A stretch of DNA of 64,000 nt from Flavobacteriales bacterium (GTDB lineage Bacteria > Bacteroidota > Bacteroidia > Flavobacteriales_D > Sanyastnellaceae): NCBI GenBank assembly GCA_044239865.1, contig JBIIAO010000005.1:41537-105536 (forward strand), in the 5' to 3' direction. Positions 19,210 to 28,166 of this stretch are shown here, piece by piece (position 1 is the stretch's first letter; each line of letters opens with the position of its first letter). The position numbers and the translations under genes were made by a program. A model generated the notes under the pieces. It was not told the origin of the DNA. It saw nothing but the letters and a program-made list of their open reading frames with translations, and ran no database searches.

Positions 19210-20594
19210 AGAAAATTATTCTATTACTTTTCGCTTTCGTAATTCTGGTAAGTCAGAGTAACGCGCAATTCACCAAACAAGATTCTTCAGTTGTGAAAGG
19301 CTTCTATTCCGAGGCGCTTTCAACAGCTCAAGCCTACAACGACTTGTACTACCTCTGCAAGAAAATTGGTCACCGTATTGCGGGTTCAGAAGCTGCGGAT
19401 AAAGCCATTCTTTGGGGGGATTCTGTGTTGAAATCGATTCCTGCTGACAACGTTTTCCTCATGCCTGTAAAGGTTCCAAAATGGAAACGCGGGAAGAAAG
19501 AATTCGCAGCCATTTATGTTGGAAAGAAGAAATCCGAAATTCCCTTGCGTGCATTGGGTGGTTCTGTTGGAACAAATGGTACACTGAAAGCAGAGGTAGT
19601 TGAAGTGAAAGACTTTGAAGACCTGAAAGCTAAAGGCGATCTAGTGAAAGGAAAAATCGTGTTCATCAATAAGGCATTCGATCCTTCGATCATAAACACT
19701 GGTTCAGCCTACGGAAATACCTCTCCGATAAGAACGAACGGAGCTTCAGAAGCGGCGAAATACGGCGCTGTCGGATGTGTCATTCGCTCGCTCACTTCTG
19801 CCGACGATAAGTTTCCGCATACTGGTGCCATGCGCTACAAAGACGATGTAGCCAAGATTCCAGCGGCAGCTTTGAGCAGCCTCGACGCACATTTTCTGCA
19901 CGAGGCCCTTCAATCCAATAAAAAAGTGCTTTTCGAAATGCGCATGGAATGTGAGCGCTTCGACAGCGTAATGCAATCCAATGTGATCGGAGAAATCAAA
20001 GGAAGTTTGTATCCTGAAAAAATTATTGTCGTGGGTGGACACCTCGATTCATGGGATGTGGGTGAAGGTGCGCACGACGATGGAACGGGTATAGTTCAGA
20101 GCATGGAAGTGTTGCGCATTATGAAGGCAACCGGATACAAGCCGGCATGCACCATTCGCGCAGTGCTTTACATTAATGAAGAGTTCGGAAATGACGGTGG
20201 TGAAACATACGCGAAAGTTGCCAAAGAAAAAGGTTGGGAACACGTCGCGGCCATAGAAAGCGACGGAGGTGGATTCACTCCGAAGGGGTTCAGTTGCGAT
20301 GCGCAAGATGGACAAGTGGAATGGGCGAAATCGTTGATGCCTTTCTTCGAACCGTACAATTTATTTTCTTTCAAAAGAGGGTGGAGCGGTGTAGACATTG
20401 GCCCCTTGAAAAACGGGAGCACCATGCTGTTTGGGTTAATGGTAGATGGACAGCGATACTTCGATTTTCACCATACGGATAACGATCGATTTGAAAACGT
20501 AAACAAACGCGAATTGGAATTGGGCGCTGCGTCTATGGCTTCGCTTGTTTACTTCATTGATCAGAAAGTTCAGAAAGAAATACCGCAGAAATAA
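19206..20594 (+). CDS. M28-family metallopeptidase with PA domain
   Basis: Signal peptide plus the metal-ligand blocks GGHLDSWDVGEGAHDDGTG and NEEFG. Confidence 0.85.
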   Translation: MKKIILLLFAFVILVSQSNAQFTKQDSSVVKGFYSEALSTAQAYNDLYYLCKKIGHRIAGSEAADKAILWGDSVLKSIPADNVFLMPVKVPKWKRGKKEFAAIYVGKKKSEIPLRALGGSVGTNGTLKAEVVEVKDFEDLKAKGDLVKGKIVFINKAFDPSIINTGSAYGNTSPIRTNGASEAAKYGAVGCVIRSLTSADDKFPHTGAMRYKDDVAKIPAAALSSLDAHFLHEALQSNKKVLFEMRMECERFDSVMQSNVIGEIKGSLYPEKIIVVGGHLDSWDVGEGAHDDGTGIVQSMEVLRIMKATGYKPACTIRAVLYINEEFGNDGGETYAKVAKEKGWEHVAAIESDGGGFTPKGFSCDAQDGQVEWAKSLMPFFEPYNLFSFKRGWSGVDIGPLKNGSTMLFGLMVDGQRYFDFHHTDNDRFENVNKRELELGAASMASLVYFIDQKVQKEIPQK

Positions 20595-21074
20595 TTATCT
20601 GCCGTACATGTCTTTGTGCCACGTATTCGCGAAGGGCTTCCATTTAGAAGTGGTCCAATCGCCAACTGTGGCAACGGTTGTGTCAAGAACAAGTGTTTCA
20701 TCGGTAAGTCTATTCGCTTTGCGAAGCGCCCAGAATTGCGCGATGCCCTCTGTTTGAATCTCGCTATTTTCTTGGAACATTACAGTAAGTCGATCGAACA
20801 AATTCACGCCAAGCGCATCACCAATGCTAAGCACCTCTCTGTTCAATTTATCTATGCTGCATCCGGAAGCGAGCATAATATTTTCATCGGCCGCAACAAC
20901 TAAGATGCGGTTCATTTCAATCCAAGCTTGTCCGGCCATGGCCTTTCCATGGTTGTTCCAACCGGCAAGAAATTTTTCCAATTCAACTTCAATGAAAGAA
21001 CACTGTTCCGCAGTCAGTAATTTGTTTGAAGTGAAGACCCAAAGTCTAGCGTGTGTGGCAAGTTGAATTTCCAT
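20595..21074 (-). CDS. Conserved hypothetical cytoplasmic protein, last gene of the XrtF operon
   Basis: 159 aa. I saw no TM segment and no Walker motifs. Its start lies 2 nt after the stop of the upstream gene. Confidence 0.6.
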   Translation of the reverse strand: MEIQLATHARLWVFTSNKLLTAEQCSFIEVELEKFLAGWNNHGKAMAGQAWIEMNRILVVAADENIMLASGCSIDKLNREVLSIGDALGVNLFDRLTVMFQENSEIQTEGIAQFWALRKANRLTDETLVLDTTVATVGDWTTSKWKPFANTWHKDMYGR

Positions 21075-21076
21075 AA

Positions 21077-21619
21077 TTACAAAGATCGGTTGAATAATTT
21101 TTTTGCCGGAATGAATATAAGCACAAGCACAGGCGACTGCAAAATGCCCATAATTCCGCGAACAGCGGGATATACGAGTTCATCTTTGTGAATGAATTTT
21201 CCGAGCATGAAAGCGGCAATAGCGAAGCCCAAACAAATCCCTTCCACCAAAATGAAAATTTTAATTTCCTTTTTTTGGAATTGAAGGAAGTAGAGCGCGG
21301 CAATATTTAAAATTGTGAATACACCAATGGAAGCAAATGTGATAATCCATTTAAGCTTACTGAGTTGTGAAGCGTTCAGCGAGTATAGCGTTTGAATAGT
21401 GCTGTGGCTGTAATAATAATCGAAGTTCGATTTGCTTTTTTCGGCACTTAACCATTGAATTTTGGTTGAAGTAGTTTGTTCGAAAAAACCTGGGAGTTGG
21501 GCACCTTTTTCAAGAATGAAATTCACATTCACCTTGGCTTGCTCTTGGTAAAAGCCAAGACCAATCATTGCGATACCTATCGCAAAAAGAATGATTTTAT
21601 TTTTCTTCGGAATTGCCAT
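21077..21619 (-). CDS. Exosortase F system-associated membrane protein (putative)
   Basis: 180 aa with about 4 hydrophobic helices, immediately downstream of xrtF with a 23-nt overlap. This is the position expected for the XrtF partner family. I placed the start at the ATG at 21619 (MAIPKKNKII). Confidence 0.65.
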   Translation of the reverse strand: MAIPKKNKIILFAIGIAMIGLGFYQEQAKVNVNFILEKGAQLPGFFEQTTSTKIQWLSAEKSKSNFDYYYSHSTIQTLYSLNASQLSKLKWIITFASIGVFTILNIAALYFLQFQKKEIKIFILVEGICLGFAIAAFMLGKFIHKDELVYPAVRGIMGILQSPVLVLIFIPAKKLFNRSL

Positions 21620-22124
21620 TTGCAGGGACATACATCTTAGACCACCACCACCAGAAGGCAAAAACTACGGCATACACTAAGGCAGTGAAGGTGTAATCGT
21701 GATTGAATGCGAGATAATCTTCGTCCCAATAAACAATAAAGGCCAACGCCATAATGCGAAGAATGTTCATGAATTGAATCACGAACAACCCAAGTGGTAT
21801 AAACCAGATTCTGTTTTTATTCGTGCCTGGATAAGCCACAACGAAGATGATAAAAAGCGCCATGAGAATCATTCCGTCGCAAGGAGCTCCTACTGTAACT
21901 CCAGCTGTACCTTCAATAGCAATGTGGTTTCTGTATAGTCCGTCGTCGAAGAAACGAACCGAAAATTGGAAGACTCGCAAAAGAGTTTCCGCTCCTTTCA
22001 CTAAAAAATCTACAAGTATCTCGTCGATGTTGGTAGAAGGCAGTAAGTACAACTCATAAAAAAAATACCATCCGAAATAGAGGATGGTACCAATGACAAA
22101 AAATCGGATGAGTGGATTTTTCAC
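21597..22124 (-). CDS. xrtF: Exosortase family protein XrtF
   Basis: 175 aa polytopic protein with the exosortase catalytic-type motifs: Cys in GAPCDG, Arg in MNILR, His in FNHDY. GTG start, 8 nt after the upstream stop. Confidence 0.85.
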   Translation of the reverse strand: MKNPLIRFFVIGTILYFGWYFFYELYLLPSTNIDEILVDFLVKGAETLLRVFQFSVRFFDDGLYRNHIAIEGTAGVTVGAPCDGMILMALFIIFVVAYPGTNKNRIWFIPLGLFVIQFMNILRIMALAFIVYWDEDYLAFNHDYTFTALVYAVVFAFWWWWSKMYVPANGNSEEK

Positions 22125-22132
22125 TGACTATT

Positions 22133-22360
22133 TTAAGAAGCTTTTTTCTTTTTAAGATCGAAGGCTTTTTTTCCTCCAAGGGCCGCTCCTGCAGCGATTA
22201 ACAAACTTACCCCGCCATCGATTGGACAAACTGTTCCGAATGGACCACCACACGGCGCGGCTCCACCGCTAGGCGGAGTTGGGGGCGCCTGACAAATTCC
22301 AATAGCTGCAATACAGAAAAGGAAAATTGACAAAACGAGTAATTTTCTAAAACGATTCAT
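22133..22360 (-). CDS. 75-aa secreted mini-protein with an exosortase-type C-terminal sorting signal (PIDGG motif, TM helix, Lys-rich tail)
   Basis: Full sequence: MNRFRKLLVLSIFLFCIAAIGICQAPPTPPSGGAAPCGGPFGTVCPIDGGVSLLIAAGAALGGKKAFDLKKKKAS. I placed the start at the ATG at 22360, which has a TATATTTG box 4 nt upstream. The longer track ORF (to 22528) would run through the divergent promoter and the wzc start. Confidence 0.7.
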   Translation of the reverse strand: MNRFRKLLVLSIFLFCIAAIGICQAPPTPPSGGAAPCGGPFGTVCPIDGGVSLLIAAGAALGGKKAFDLKKKKAS

Positions 22361-22364
22361 GTCA

Positions 22365-22372
22365 CAAATATA
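22365..22372 (-). promoter_or_regulatory. Candidate -7 promoter box (TATATTTG) for the XrtF operon
   Basis: The minus strand reads TATATTTG, followed by TGAC and then ATG. Confidence 0.45.
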
Positions 22373-22434
22373 ATGGACTTTAATTATTTCCACCCCCATT
22401 CGGTCTAAAATCTTCATTATTGCCTCTCTTCCTT

Positions 22435-22442
22435 TATATTTG
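22435..22442 (+). promoter_or_regulatory. Candidate -7 promoter box (TATATTTG) for the wzc-like polysaccharide operon
   Basis: Exact TAnnTTTG match, 18 nt upstream of the ATG at 22461. Confidence 0.45.
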
Positions 22443-22460
22443 TCACTCTCGAGAGAACCC

Positions 22461-24881
22461 ATGGCAGAAACTAAATCGAATTTTCTAGACGCTGACGACC
22501 TCAGGCCGATATTAAGGTTCCTGAACAAAAGTTGGTTCTGGATTGTAGCATGCGCCCTAATAGCATTCGTTGCGGCGTATTTCTACACCCACAGATTGCC
22601 CAGTATTTACGCTGCAAAAACAGAGATTTTACTTCGCTCATCTGAGACATACGATTATCAAAAAAGTATGTACAGTGAATTGGGTTACATTTCTTTAATG
22701 CAGGACGTTACCAATCAAAAACGTATAATCGCTTCTTATGACATCGTAGAAAAGAGCTTGGAAAAGCTCGACTTTACAATTTCTTATTTCTTGGTTGGAA
22801 GGGTGAAGACCTTACAAGTGGACGAATTCGATGCCATGAAGGTCAAGTGTGATTGGAAAAAAATGGCTGCAGGAATGCACAATGTTCCGCTGAATATTAA
22901 AGTTCTAGATATTGGACATTATGAGTTGAGTTACGAATACGGAGGAAAACTTAGGTCGGCTACGTATGAATTCGGGAAAGAATACATTGAAGAGCTTTTT
23001 ACAATTCAATTGGATTTGGCTTCCCATATAGATGAGTCGAGACTTTCCACGGTTACAGATCAAAGCTTCCAAATACGGGTGAGACCAATGAAACATTTGG
23101 TGGATAAATACATGGGAGCCCTAACCATTGAAAATGTCGAATTCACAAGCATCTTAACGCTAACATGCAAGGACGAGCTGCCCACTAGAGCGAAAACCTT
23201 CCTTGATACATTGGCAAAGGTCTACATTGATTATACGCTCTACAACGAGATTGCCATCAATGAAAATACGCAGGCCTACATAGACATTCAAATTGATAAG
23301 ATTGTCAAAATTATCGATTCATTGGAATTGGCAATGGAGACATTCAAAGACGCTCGAGATATTCTTGATTTGAGTAAAGAGCAAGACGCGGCATTTGCGG
23401 CATTAACCAGCTCTGATGTTACGCTCCGTGATTTGGAACTCAGACGAGAATCTATACAGGGCTTGGAGAATTTTCTTTTGAAGGAGCCAGATAGAGCGGT
23501 TATTCCACCAATGAATTATTTGCGAGAAGAGGATGTCACCTTAACCGAGTTGGTGAAAGACTTGTTTCAATTGAAACAAAAACGAAGCTCGTTGTTGGTT
23601 GATGTAAAAGCTCCAGATAAACGTGTTCAGCGTGTAGACTCTACGCTTCAGACTATTCGGAATAGTATTTTTAAATACACACGAGACACGAAAGTTGCAA
23701 TTGATCAACGAATCAGAGATTTGAAGCTTCAAATCCTTGAATTAGAGGCAGAGCTTGCAAATATTCCAAAAAGTGAACGTGACCTTATGTCTATTGAGCG
23801 AAAGCTTAAGGTGAACGAAGAGTTATATACCTTCCTTTTGGAAAAGAAGGCCAACACAGTTATCGCACGTGCCGCAATTATTCCGCAGACAAGTGTTATT
23901 GAGGCAGCTCGAAATATGGGCGTGGTGGGCCCCGACCGGCAGAGCATTATTTATTTGTGGATAGGCATCGGGATTCTTATTTCGCTGATTATTGGACTCA
24001 TTCGAATGGTCTTCTTTGAGCATATTGAGCATTTGCGCGAATTGAAGCAATTAACAAAACTTCCTGTTATCAGCGGTATTCCGAACTATGAGGAAATAGA
24101 ACGAGATCCAATTGCAATTCATGCCAATCCGCGAGGAAATGTAAGTGAGGCCTTCCGAACTCTTCGAACGAATTTGCAATACCTTCTACCCGATAGCGGT
24201 CAAAGCCTTATTTTGATCTCATCACTTCATCCTGGAGAAGGAAAAACATTTATTTCAACAAACTTAGCCGCCACTTTGGCCAAAGCATCGAAGAAAGTGC
24301 TTCTGTTAGACTTTGACTTGCACAAACCGAAAGTGCATAAAATGTTCCGCACAACAAATACCATGGGGGTAAGTACCTATTTAATTGGTAAGGCTACTTT
24401 CGATGATGTCGTTTTTCAGTCAGATATCGAGAATTTAGATATTGTACTTGCAGGTCCCGTGCCCCCAAATGCATCGGAGCTTTTGCTTAACGCTAGAGTA
24501 GACGAGCTACTTGCAGAAGGATTGAAGCGCTATGATTATGTAATTATTGATACTCCGCCAATCATGCTTATTACAGACAGCTTGGTGCTGCTTGCGAAAG
24601 TAGATCGTGGAATTCTTGTAATGAACACCCTAAAAGCAACGAAGCAAGGTGTTCAATATTTAGAAGATGTTTTGAATCAAAACAGTCTGAGCAATACAAG
24701 TATTCTGCTTAATAACATTAAGCAAAAACGCTGGAGATACTATTACGGAAAATATGCTTATCGTTACGGCTATGGTTACGGTTATGGATACGGTTATGGA
24801 TACGGCTACGGTTATGGCTACGGATACGGTGGTTACGGAGAAGAAGGTAAAGCCAAGGGTAAAAAGAAGAAAGACAAATAA
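22461..24881 (+). CDS. Polysaccharide co-polymerase / tyrosine autokinase (Wzc/GumC type)
   Basis: N-terminal Wzz-like region with a TM helix and a long coiled-coil periplasmic part, then a second TM helix. The kinase domain has Walker A (GEGKTFIS), A' (LLLDFDLHKP) and B (YVIIDTPP), followed by a Tyr-rich tail. I placed the start at the ATG at 22461. Confidence 0.9.
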   Translation: MAETKSNFLDADDLRPILRFLNKSWFWIVACALIAFVAAYFYTHRLPSIYAAKTEILLRSSETYDYQKSMYSELGYISLMQDVTNQKRIIASYDIVEKSLEKLDFTISYFLVGRVKTLQVDEFDAMKVKCDWKKMAAGMHNVPLNIKVLDIGHYELSYEYGGKLRSATYEFGKEYIEELFTIQLDLASHIDESRLSTVTDQSFQIRVRPMKHLVDKYMGALTIENVEFTSILTLTCKDELPTRAKTFLDTLAKVYIDYTLYNEIAINENTQAYIDIQIDKIVKIIDSLELAMETFKDARDILDLSKEQDAAFAALTSSDVTLRDLELRRESIQGLENFLLKEPDRAVIPPMNYLREEDVTLTELVKDLFQLKQKRSSLLVDVKAPDKRVQRVDSTLQTIRNSIFKYTRDTKVAIDQRIRDLKLQILELEAELANIPKSERDLMSIERKLKVNEELYTFLLEKKANTVIARAAIIPQTSVIEAARNMGVVGPDRQSIIYLWIGIGILISLIIGLIRMVFFEHIEHLRELKQLTKLPVISGIPNYEEIERDPIAIHANPRGNVSEAFRTLRTNLQYLLPDSGQSLILISSLHPGEGKTFISTNLAATLAKASKKVLLLDFDLHKPKVHKMFRTTNTMGVSTYLIGKATFDDVVFQSDIENLDIVLAGPVPPNASELLLNARVDELLAEGLKRYDYVIIDTPPIMLITDSLVLLAKVDRGILVMNTLKATKQGVQYLEDVLNQNSLSNTSILLNNIKQKRWRYYYGKYAYRYGYGYGYGYGYGYGYGYGYGYGGYGEEGKAKGKKKKDK
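24765..24839 (+). repeat. Coding (Tyr-Gly)11-Gly-Tyr-Gly dipeptide repeat in the autokinase tail
   Basis: tac ggc tat ggt tac ggt tat gga ..., giving 11 consecutive YG codon pairs with alternating synonymous codons. Confidence 0.95.
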
Positions 24882-24892
24882 TAGCGTAGACC

Positions 24893-25537
24893 ATGGTATC
24901 GCTTATTGTTACAACCTACAATTACGCACAATTTATTGAACGTGCCATTAGAAGCGGTCTAGATCAATCGCTATCAAAAACCGATTTCGAAGTAATCGTT
25001 GTCAACGACGCTTCCACCGATTCTACCGAAGCTATTTTAGAAAATTATTCAGACGTTCTGCGAGTATTTAATCTAAAGGAAAATCTCGGTTTGGCTGGCG
25101 CACGGAATTTTGGAATTCGAAAGGCACGCGGACAGTTCGTGGTGTTTTTAGATGCAGACGATTACTTGCATTCAGAATCTCTTCGCGTACAGAATTTATT
25201 CCTCAACGAGAATAACGCCTTCGATGCAGTCGCAATAGATTATTATATGGTGAATGAAAGAGGCCAGCACATGGAACACATTTCTTCGAGCGATAAACCC
25301 ATTGCTTGTGGAATAATGTTTCGAAAAGATTACCTCTTCAACATAGGACTATACGACGAGAATTTCACAGCTCGAGAAGAAGAAGATTTACGAATCAGAT
25401 GGGAGCAAGCGGGTTACGGAATCTATCATATTCCAGTGCCGTTGTACAGATATCGCATGCACGAGAACAACCTCACGAAAGACAATCAGAAGATGTCTGA
25501 CTCTCAACTGAAATTAAATCAGAAGCACAACAGATGA
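24893..25537 (+). CDS. Family 2 glycosyltransferase (short form)
   Basis: VSLIVTTYNYAQFIERAIRS, VVNDASTDST and FLDADD motifs. Confidence 0.85.
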   Translation: MVSLIVTTYNYAQFIERAIRSGLDQSLSKTDFEVIVVNDASTDSTEAILENYSDVLRVFNLKENLGLAGARNFGIRKARGQFVVFLDADDYLHSESLRVQNLFLNENNAFDAVAIDYYMVNERGQHMEHISSSDKPIACGIMFRKDYLFNIGLYDENFTAREEEDLRIRWEQAGYGIYHIPVPLYRYRMHENNLTKDNQKMSDSQLKLNQKHNR

Positions 25538-26067
25538 TTAAATTTTTAGAGGGAAAACAAGTCTATTTGCGTCCGCTTACCATAGAAGACGCAAGCGATA
25601 TTTATTTGAAATGGTTAAATGATCCTGAAGTAACACGTGGCTTGGCTTCTGGTTATTTCCCAACCACACAGCAAGAGCTTATCAATTATGTAAACGGAGC
25701 GCTGAGAGATCAGAACACCGTCTTTTTTGCGCTGTGCGAAAAAGAAAGCAATCTACATATCGGTAATGTGAAAGTCGATCGCATCGATTGGGTAGCGCAA
25801 ACCTGTGAACTCGGATTAATCATTGGCGAAGCGTCTGCGCGTGGCAGAGGTTTGGGACTTGAAGCCATGAAGCTTGTGATTAATTTCGTTTTTGACGATT
25901 TGAATTTGAATAAAATTACTTTGGCTGTTTTTCAAAACAATCCGGGTGCGTTGAAATTATATGAAAGATTGGACTTTCAAATTGAAGGGCGATTTGTCAA
26001 TCATGTTTTTAAAGAAGGAAGACTCTGGGATAAAATCTATCTATCATTATTCAACCCGAAGAAATAA
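25534..26067 (+). CDS. GNAT-family N-acetyltransferase (RimJ/RimL-like)
   Basis: YLRPLTIEDASDIYLKWLNDPEV plus the acetyl-CoA loop RGRGLG. It overlaps its neighbours by 4 nt and 1 nt. Confidence 0.82.
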   Translation: MIKFLEGKQVYLRPLTIEDASDIYLKWLNDPEVTRGLASGYFPTTQQELINYVNGALRDQNTVFFALCEKESNLHIGNVKVDRIDWVAQTCELGLIIGEASARGRGLGLEAMKLVINFVFDDLNLNKITLAVFQNNPGALKLYERLDFQIEGRFVNHVFKEGRLWDKIYLSLFNPKK

Positions 26068-26828
26068 TGAATCTAGCCCTTCTGCAAGCCCGTATGGGCT
26101 CTACACGATTGCCGGGAAAAGTTCTTAAAGAGTTAAACGGAATTCCAATAATTCAGACATTGGTGAATCGCGTGTCTCAAGCAAAATGCATCGATAAAAT
26201 TGCAGTGGTAACATCAACGAATGATGAAGACGATGCACTCGAGAATTATTGTAAAGAGCACAATATCTTAGTTTTTAGAGGTTCCGATTGGGACGTGCTT
26301 GATCGGTTCTACTCAGCCGCGAAATTTTTCGGAGCGCAAGAAGGCGATAACATCATTCGACTTACTAGCGATTGCCCTACCCATCATGGAAGTGCTGTGG
26401 ATTGGGTGTTTGAGCAGTTTGTGAAATTTGGAGTAGATCTGTTTTCAAACAGCAATGAAGACCCAAATTTCTTAGAAGACGGATTCGATGTGGAGGTGGT
26501 GAAGTTCTCGGTTTTAGAAAATGCTTTTCAACACGCAAAGCTGCACAGTGAACGCGAGCATGTTATTCCGTATGTAAAAAACTCAAAAAAATTCAGCTTG
26601 GGTTTCCGCAAAATGAACGACAACTGTAACTTTAAGTTGTCTGTTGATACTTCCGCCGATTTTGCTTTTGTTGAAGCCATTTTTGCCGAATTTGGTGCTC
26701 GTGATTTCAACATACATGATGTTGTACATTTGTTAGAGACCAAACCTGAATTATTAAAGATTAACGAAGAGAGCATTATCAATGCGGGCTACGCGAAATC
26801 ATTACGAGAAGATACAATTGTGAAATGA
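26067..26828 (+). CDS. Cytidylyltransferase-fold protein (SpsF/acylneuraminate cytidylyltransferase-like)
   Basis: The N-terminus (ALLQARMGSTRLPGKVLKELNGIPII) is characteristic of the family. Confidence 0.72.
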   Translation: MNLALLQARMGSTRLPGKVLKELNGIPIIQTLVNRVSQAKCIDKIAVVTSTNDEDDALENYCKEHNILVFRGSDWDVLDRFYSAAKFFGAQEGDNIIRLTSDCPTHHGSAVDWVFEQFVKFGVDLFSNSNEDPNFLEDGFDVEVVKFSVLENAFQHAKLHSEREHVIPYVKNSKKFSLGFRKMNDNCNFKLSVDTSADFAFVEAIFAEFGARDFNIHDVVHLLETKPELLKINEESIINAGYAKSLREDTIVK

Positions 26829-28165
26829 AAACGATCACCCTTCCACACATTACGAACTTCGCTAAGAGCGACGAGTACAGAAAGAAAATTCACGATTTAA
26901 TTCCGGGAGGAGCGCATACCTATTCCAAAGGTGACGATCAATTTCCGATTAAATCGCCCGCAGCAATCACACACGCGAAAGGTGTGTATTGTTGGGATTT
27001 AGACGGAAACAAATATCTAGATACCCTTATGGGTTTGTATTCCGTTTCGTTGGGACACGCCTATGAGCCTGTTTTAGAAGCGGTGAAGAAGCAACTTGAG
27101 AAAGGTGTGAATTTCACACGTCCGAGCGTTATTGAAATGGAAATGGCAGAGAAATTTCTCTCGCTTGTTCCGCAACACGACATGATCAAATTCGCGAAGA
27201 ACGGTTCTGTGGCAACAACAGCAGCCATTAAACTTTCTCGCGCATACACCGGGAAACATTTAATCGCTCGTCCAGCAGAACACCCGTTCTATAGCTACGA
27301 CGATTGGTTCATTGGCTCTACGGCTTGCGACTTCGGTATTCCGAAAGAAATAAAGCAATTCACTGTTACCTACAAGGAAGATTCTATCGAAGATTTAGAG
27401 CGACTGTTCAATGAATATCCCGGGCAAATTGCTTGTGTAATTTCTGAACCTGAAAAATGGAATGTCCTAGAACCCGATTTCTACCAGAAGGCCATTGATC
27501 TTGCGCATAAGAATGGCGCATTGTGGATTATGGATGAAATGATCACCGGATTCAAATCAGACTTTCCGGGATCTATAAAAAAATTCAACGCAGAACCTGA
27601 TTTCTGCACGTGGGGAAAAGGTATCGCAAACGGATTTTCTTTCTGTGCTTTAACAGGAAAAAAAGAAATCATGGAATACGGCGGTATTCGTAGAAAAGGT
27701 GAGCCGAAAGTGTTTTTGGTAAGCACCACACACGGTGGTGAAACACATGGAATAGCTGCTGCTCTAGCCACTATTGATGTGTTTGAAAACAATCCAGTTA
27801 TTCAGCACAATCACGCCATTGGAGATTATTTCATGAACGGTGTGAATGGAATTTTATCTCGAAGAAAATTGGAAGATTATTTCGCGTTTACTGGTTTCAA
27901 TTGGTGCGTAGGTTTGGTGGTGAAGAATCAAAAGAAAGAACCGTGTTTGTTCTACAGAACACTGTTTATGCAGGAAATGATTCAGCGCGGAGTTCTTTAC
28001 CAAGGAATTCTATCGCCATGTTACTCGCACACACAAGACGATATAGATTTCATGCTTGCAGCTTTCGATGAAAGTTGTGAAGTGTTTGAGCGAGCCTTGG
28101 AAGATGGCGTAGAGAAGTATTTAGTGGGTGATGAAATTAAGCCTGTCTTCAGAAAAATAAATTAA
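26825..28165 (+). CDS. Class III PLP aminotransferase (glutamate-1-semialdehyde aminomutase-like)
   Basis: LIPGGAHTYSKGDDQFP, DEMITGF and a WGKGIANG-type lysine region, 446 aa. Confidence 0.82.
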   Translation: MKTITLPHITNFAKSDEYRKKIHDLIPGGAHTYSKGDDQFPIKSPAAITHAKGVYCWDLDGNKYLDTLMGLYSVSLGHAYEPVLEAVKKQLEKGVNFTRPSVIEMEMAEKFLSLVPQHDMIKFAKNGSVATTAAIKLSRAYTGKHLIARPAEHPFYSYDDWFIGSTACDFGIPKEIKQFTVTYKEDSIEDLERLFNEYPGQIACVISEPEKWNVLEPDFYQKAIDLAHKNGALWIMDEMITGFKSDFPGSIKKFNAEPDFCTWGKGIANGFSFCALTGKKEIMEYGGIRRKGEPKVFLVSTTHGGETHGIAAALATIDVFENNPVIQHNHAIGDYFMNGVNGILSRRKLEDYFAFTGFNWCVGLVVKNQKKEPCLFYRTLFMQEMIQRGVLYQGILSPCYSHTQDDIDFMLAAFDESCEVFERALEDGVEKYLVGDEIKPVFRKIN

Positions 28166-28166
28166 G

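Noticed and set aside
22361-22528. Longer 131-aa version of the mini-protein ORF
   Set aside because: The extension has no signal-peptide logic. It runs through both -7 boxes and overlaps the wzc-like start. The internal ATG at 22360 has an ideal promoter context.
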